Assembly (NCBI GenBank): GCA_964521425.1
Contig: CAZFRO010000011.1
Span: forward strand, 13,534-77,533
Reading direction: 5' to 3'
DNA: 64,000 bases
Source: an uncultured bacterium
Lineage (GTDB): Bacteria; Joyebacterota; Joyebacteria; Joyebacterales; Joyebacteraceae
Shown here piece by piece: positions 60,361-64,000 of this stretch (positions within the stretch are counted from its first letter, which is position 1; each line of letters begins with the position of its first letter). A program made the translations under genes and the position numbers. The notes under the pieces were generated by a model. That model searched no databases and was not told the origin of the DNA. It saw nothing but the letters and a program-made list of their open reading frames with translations.

Positions 60361-61233
60361 GTGATATCGATGGAAGCGAGCATGCGCGCTGCGATACGTA
60401 CGGCCCTTGACGAGGACGTGGGGACCGGTGACGTTACGACGGAATCGACGGTGCCCGAGGGGCACCGCTCGCGGGCGACGATCGTGGCCAAGGAAGAGGG
60501 TGTCATCGCGGGTCTCAAGGTGGCGGAGGCGGTCTTCCGTGAGCTTGACCCGGATATCGACATAAACGTCCGTGTTATCGATGGGGAGCACGTGGCGCAC
60601 GGGGATCTGATCGCCGAACTCACGGGAAGGACGCGCGCGATTCTCACAGGCGAACGCGTTGCGCTCAATTTCCTGGCCAGGCTGTCGGGCGTAGCCACGA
60701 TGACCGCGAAGTACGCGGACGTGCTCCGCGGTACCGGTGTTGTCCTGCTCGATACACGTAAGACGACACCAGGCATGCGGCTCCTGGAGAAGTACGCGGT
60801 TGGGATAGGCGGAGGGGCGAACCACAGGATCGGGCTTTGGGACATGGCCCTCATCAAGGAGAACCACATCACCGCCGCCGGCGGCATCGGTCCCGCCGTA
60901 TCCAGCGTGAGGAAGAGCTACCCCGATCTCTCGGTGGAGGTCGAGGTGAGAAACCTCGATGAACTTAACGAGGCGCTCAAGGCGGACGTTGACCGCGTGA
61001 TGCTCGATAACATGTCGATCGATGAAATGCGCCGGGCCATCCAGACGGCCGGCGAGCATGACCATCCCGCGGACGTCGAGATCTCCGGAGGCGTGACCCT
61101 CGATGGCCTGGCAGCGATTGCCGAGCTTGGTCCGGGCTTCATCTCCGTTGGGGCACTGACACACTCAGCTCCAGCTCTCGACCTCAGCCTTCTTGTGGAA
61201 GACATCGCAGATGAAACCCGACCCGCGGATTGA
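60361..61233 (+). CDS. nadC: Nicotinate-nucleotide pyrophosphorylase (carboxylating), quinolinate phosphoribosyltransferase.
   Basis: LDEDVGTGDVTT..., RKTTPGMRLLEKYAVGIGGGANHRIGLWDMALIKENHI, MLDNMS, ISGGVT motifs. Confidence 0.9.
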   Translation: MISMEASMRAAIRTALDEDVGTGDVTTESTVPEGHRSRATIVAKEEGVIAGLKVAEAVFRELDPDIDINVRVIDGEHVAHGDLIAELTGRTRAILTGERVALNFLARLSGVATMTAKYADVLRGTGVVLLDTRKTTPGMRLLEKYAVGIGGGANHRIGLWDMALIKENHITAAGGIGPAVSSVRKSYPDLSVEVEVRNLDELNEALKADVDRVMLDNMSIDEMRRAIQTAGEHDHPADVEISGGVTLDGLAAIAELGPGFISVGALTHSAPALDLSLLVEDIADETRPAD

Positions 61234-61966
61234 CTGGGACATCACGTGGATGGATGAGGTCACATCCACGAACGCTCTCGCGCTCGACGTGGCGAAGTCT
61301 GGCTGCTCGGAAGGCGCGGTCATCGTCGCCAGATCTCAGACAATGGGACGCGGGCGTCGCGGGAACGTGTGGCACTCTCCCGTGGGCGGCCTCTGGTTCT
61401 CGCTCGTCCTGAGGCCGGAGCTTAAGGGAGATGAACTGTGGGGGCTTACCGCGCTCTCCGCACTGTCCGCCGTTGCGGGCGTTCGCAACCTGACTGGCCT
61501 TTCGGTAGGGATCAAGTGGCCCAACGATCTCTACCTTGATGGGAGGAAACTGGGCGGGGTCATGGCCGAATCGTCTGGGGGCGCCGTCGTCATCGGAATA
61601 GGGATCAATGCGAACGTCAAGCCCACGGATCTGCCGAGTGTAGAGTGGTATCCGGTCACATCACTTCTTGACGCAGGTGGTGAGAGCGTCGATCCGGCTC
61701 TCTTGCTCGATGGGATCCTCTCGGAACTCAGCGAGCGATACAGGCTCCTGGTGGAGCAGGGGTTCTCCGCCCTCCTTGCAGAGTGGCGCGAGCGGTCCGT
61801 CGTGCTGGGGGAACGTGTGCATGTGGTGTGTGACGGGAGTGCTTTGACGGGGACCGCGGTCGAGCTTGACGAGCGTGGTGGCATCGTAGTCAGACTGGAG
61901 GACGGGACCGAGCGGCGCTTTGAGCCACGTGCGGGCGTCAGCCTGGGGTTGAGGGATTCACCTTGA
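61193..61966 (+). CDS. birA: Biotin--[acetyl-CoA-carboxylase] ligase, group I (no HTH).
   Basis: QTMGRGRRGNVWHSPVGGLWFSLVLRP (GRGRRG biotin-binding loop), KWPNDLYLDGRKLGG. The start may be the internal Met at 61211. Overlaps the nadC 3' end. Confidence 0.85.
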   Translation: MWKTSQMKPDPRIDWDITWMDEVTSTNALALDVAKSGCSEGAVIVARSQTMGRGRRGNVWHSPVGGLWFSLVLRPELKGDELWGLTALSALSAVAGVRNLTGLSVGIKWPNDLYLDGRKLGGVMAESSGGAVVIGIGINANVKPTDLPSVEWYPVTSLLDAGGESVDPALLLDGILSELSERYRLLVEQGFSALLAEWRERSVVLGERVHVVCDGSALTGTAVELDERGGIVVRLEDGTERRFEPRAGVSLGLRDSP

Positions 61967-62020
61967 CAGGGACCGGAGAATTGCCGTATTTTGGCTAAGA
62001 GTTTGCTACTTAGCTGAATA

Positions 62021-62092
62021 AGGCTAAGAAGCCAGAATTAGCTGAATAAGGCTAAGAAGCCAGAATTAGCTGAATAAGGCTAACTAGATGAG
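62021..62092. repeat. AT-rich 28-bp tandem direct repeat (agctgaataaggctaagaagccagaatt), 2.6 copies, immediately upstream of the SatD-like gene.
   Basis: Identical copies at 62021-62048 and 62049-62076, plus a partial copy at 62077-62092. The ggctaaga core also occurs at 61995. Strong local GC drop in a high-GC genome. Confidence 0.85.
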
Positions 62093-62103
62093 AAGGGCCG
62101 ATC

Positions 62104-62748
62104 ATGGGGAAGACCACTGATCAGACATTCGTGGCTGTGATAGGGGATCTGTGCGGATCCCGGCAGGCGGCTGACCGTCAGCGCACGCAGGTTCGTCTTG
62201 AGCAAGCCATGGCGCGCGTAAACGAGGTCTTCGCCGGTGACCTCACGGCGGGCTTCCTGGTAACACTCGGCGATGAGTTCCAGGGGCTTCTGCCCATACC
62301 AGACAAGGTAATGGACATCATCGCGGAGCTGGAGTCAGCGCTGACTGGGATACCGGTGAGATACGGGATCGGTATCGGCACACTGGTGACGCCGATCAAG
62401 CGAACAGCTGTAGGGATGGACGGTCCGTGCTTCCACCTGGCGCGGGACGCGGTTGAGAGAGGGAAGGGTGAGAATCGTTGGGTCACGGTTGCAGGATTCG
62501 GGCAGGCTCGTGACAAACTCATGAACGGTATACTGAACCTCATGGGCGCCCTCAGGGGCCAGTGGACGGAGATACAGGCGGAGACCTTTCATGCCGCCCG
62601 CACTGCCGACAAGCAGAAACAAGTGGCCGCGGCTCGGAACGTCGCCGAATCGACGGTTAGTAGGTCGCTCAAGTCCGCTCACCATGATCCCATGATTGAG
62701 GCCGAGGCAATCGTAGTACATCTTCTCGAAGGTGGAGTCGTGGAATGA
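62104..62748 (+). CDS. SatD-like protein: N-terminal nucleotidyl-cyclase/GGDEF-like palm domain plus a C-terminal sigma70-region-4-like HTH.
   Basis: FVAVIGDLCGSR...FLVTLGDEFQGLL...RYGIGIGTLV...AVGMDGPCFHLARDA parallels the class III cyclase layout (FxDIVGFT...IGDA...RIGIHTG...GDTVNLASRME). C-terminal KQVAAARNVAESTVSRSLKSA is an HTH. 214 aa. Confidence 0.55.
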   Translation: MGKTTDQTFVAVIGDLCGSRQAADRQRTQVRLEQAMARVNEVFAGDLTAGFLVTLGDEFQGLLPIPDKVMDIIAELESALTGIPVRYGIGIGTLVTPIKRTAVGMDGPCFHLARDAVERGKGENRWVTVAGFGQARDKLMNGILNLMGALRGQWTEIQAETFHAARTADKQKQVAAARNVAESTVSRSLKSAHHDPMIEAEAIVVHLLEGGVVE

Positions 62749-63521
62749 ACCTCGGCATGGAGACCTTCATAGGCAGCAATGCCGGCGTGCTTCTCGTTCT
62801 GCTCGTGGGCGGACACGTGCTGGCTGATTTCCTCGTGCAGACCGAGAGCGTTGCCAGAGAGAAGGAGACGGCCGCCGGCGCGCTTTTCAAACACGGGATG
62901 GCGACACTTGTGACGCACGCGCTTCTCCTTCTTCCGTACCGGAACGCGGGTGTGTTCCTGGGAATAGCAGCACTCGCCGTCGTCCACACGTTTGCGGATT
63001 GGGCGAGACGCGCCATAGAGAGAGGAATCCCTGAGAGAGCGCTCCCGGGCTTCCTGCTGGATCAGCTCGGGCACCTTGCTGTCGCGGTGCTCCTCTGGTG
63101 GCTCTTCGTGCGGGCCGGTGTTCACGAGAGTTCTGCCGTCTGGTTTTCGCCGGACGTGGCGGCTGTGACTGTGAAGGTGCTGGTCGTTGCCGCCGGCTAC
63201 GCATTCTGTTGGAAGGGCGGCACCGCCGTTGTGAGAAACCTCCTGGCTCGCTATCCTCAGGTGCTTCCCGAGACAACAGAGAAAGCAGGGCGAGCCGAGT
63301 ACGCGATGGGGCGTACGATCGGAGTGCTCGAGCGGTTCATCATCTTCACGCTGGTGCTGTTTGGGCAGTGGGGGGCGCTAGGGTTCGTGATAGCGGCGAA
63401 ATCGATCGCACGATTCAAGGAACTGGAGAACCAATCATTCGCGGACTACTACCTTATGGGAACGCTGGCCAGCGTACTCTCCGCTATAGTAGCGGGGATC
63501 ATCGTGAGTGCCGTCATCTGA
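62745..63521 (+). CDS. DUF3307-like polytopic membrane protein (partner of SatD-like genes).
   Basis: About 7 TM helices. Duplicated H-x-x-A-D-[FW] motif (HVLADFLVQT and HTFADWARRAIERG). Start overlaps the SatD-like stop (ATGA). Confidence 0.5.
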   Translation: MNLGMETFIGSNAGVLLVLLVGGHVLADFLVQTESVAREKETAAGALFKHGMATLVTHALLLLPYRNAGVFLGIAALAVVHTFADWARRAIERGIPERALPGFLLDQLGHLAVAVLLWWLFVRAGVHESSAVWFSPDVAAVTVKVLVVAAGYAFCWKGGTAVVRNLLARYPQVLPETTEKAGRAEYAMGRTIGVLERFIIFTLVLFGQWGALGFVIAAKSIARFKELENQSFADYYLMGTLASVLSAIVAGIIVSAVI

Positions 63522-63553
63522 GATCTGGAAGCGCGCGCCGCGCGACTTGAGAG

Positions 63554-64000
63554 GACTTGACTGATGCTCCTGGCAATCGACGTTGGAAACACCAACACGG
63601 TCCTCGGGTTCCTCAGCGGAACGGACGTGCTCGGCAGCTGGCGCGTCGCCACGAATCGTATGCAGACCCCTGACGAACTCGGGTTTCGGGTGAATGAGAT
63701 CTGCGATATGGCCTGCGGTGGACTCGAGCAGATCGAGGGTGTCGTGATCTGCTCCGTCGTGCCGCCGCTGACATCGGCATATGTCCGCATGTCGAAGAAC
63801 CTGCTGAAACTTCCACCGGTCGTCCTGAGATCCGACACCGACATGGACATCACGATCGACTACTACGATCCCACCGAGGTAGGGGCCGACCGATTGGCGA
63901 ACGCGGTGGCGGTGCACGAACTGATAGGCGGTCCGGTCATTGTCGTCGACTTCGGGACGGCGACGACGTTCGATGTGATCACAGCCGACGGCCACTACCG
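63554..64000 (+). CDS. coaX: Type III pantothenate kinase CoaX, 3' partial (runs off the window).
   Basis: MLLAIDVGNTNTVLGF...VVICSVVP...VVVDFGTATTFDVI, the actin-fold Bvg accessory factor family. No stop before 64000. Confidence 0.85.

Noticed and set aside
62021-62092. Possible CRISPR array suggested by short identical direct repeats.
   Set aside because: The repeats are strictly tandem with no intervening unique spacers, only 2.6 copies, and no cas genes nearby. It is a tandem repeat or iteron array, not a CRISPR.

Overview
High-GC (about 65-70 percent) bacterial chromosomal segment densely coded on both strands. The lineage uses type IX secretion (a Por-type C-terminal sorting domain is present) and carries a GlmU-like alternative nucleotidyltransferase, which suggests an FCB-superphylum-related or candidate-phylum organism. 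No rRNA, transposase, IS element or CRISPR was found. Features in order are as follows. (1) A 5'-truncated hypothetical OMP-like ORF. (2) A TolC-MFP-RND tripartite efflux operon. (3) rsgA. (4) A GlmU-like left-handed beta-helix nucleotidyltransferase. (5) A convergent double-PDZ protein. (6) A small lipoprotein. (7) A divergent tRNA-Leu(CAA) / tRNA-Ala(GGC) pair. (8) A 1577-aa gingipain-like C25 peptidase with an FN3 domain, an 8-blade FG-GAP propeller and a T9SS sorting domain, behind a long structured leader. (9) A complete dcw cluster: mraZ, a STAS insert, rsmH, ftsL, ftsI, murE, murF, mraY, murD, ftsW, murG, murC, murB, ftsQ, ftsA and ftsZ, with no ddl, preceded by a sigma70-like promoter and a triple GTGGG MraZ operator. 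(10) A TPR protein and a TIGR03960-like radical SAM protein carrying an N-terminal K/T/S tandem repeat. (11) A 1302-aa multi-PAS/GAF hybrid histidine kinase. (12) A canonical STAS plus RsbW-like partner-switching pair. (13) rpmB, recG, an HD-domain protein, a LysM-M23 peptidase and a beta-barrel OMP. (14) A histidine kinase (with a Cys-rich PAS), response regulator, TPR, Wzi-like, UbiA and UppP envelope operon. (15) A DUF4139 protein, RodZ-like protein, uvrB, nadC and birA. (16) An AT-rich 28-bp tandem repeat followed by a SatD-like (cyclase-palm-like plus HTH) and DUF3307-like membrane protein cassette inserted between birA and a 3'-truncated coaX. The most interesting candidates for undescribed biology are the SatD-like/DUF3307 cassette with its repeat array, the non-phosphorylatable STAS protein embedded in the dcw operon, and the giant T9SS gingipain-like propeller protein.
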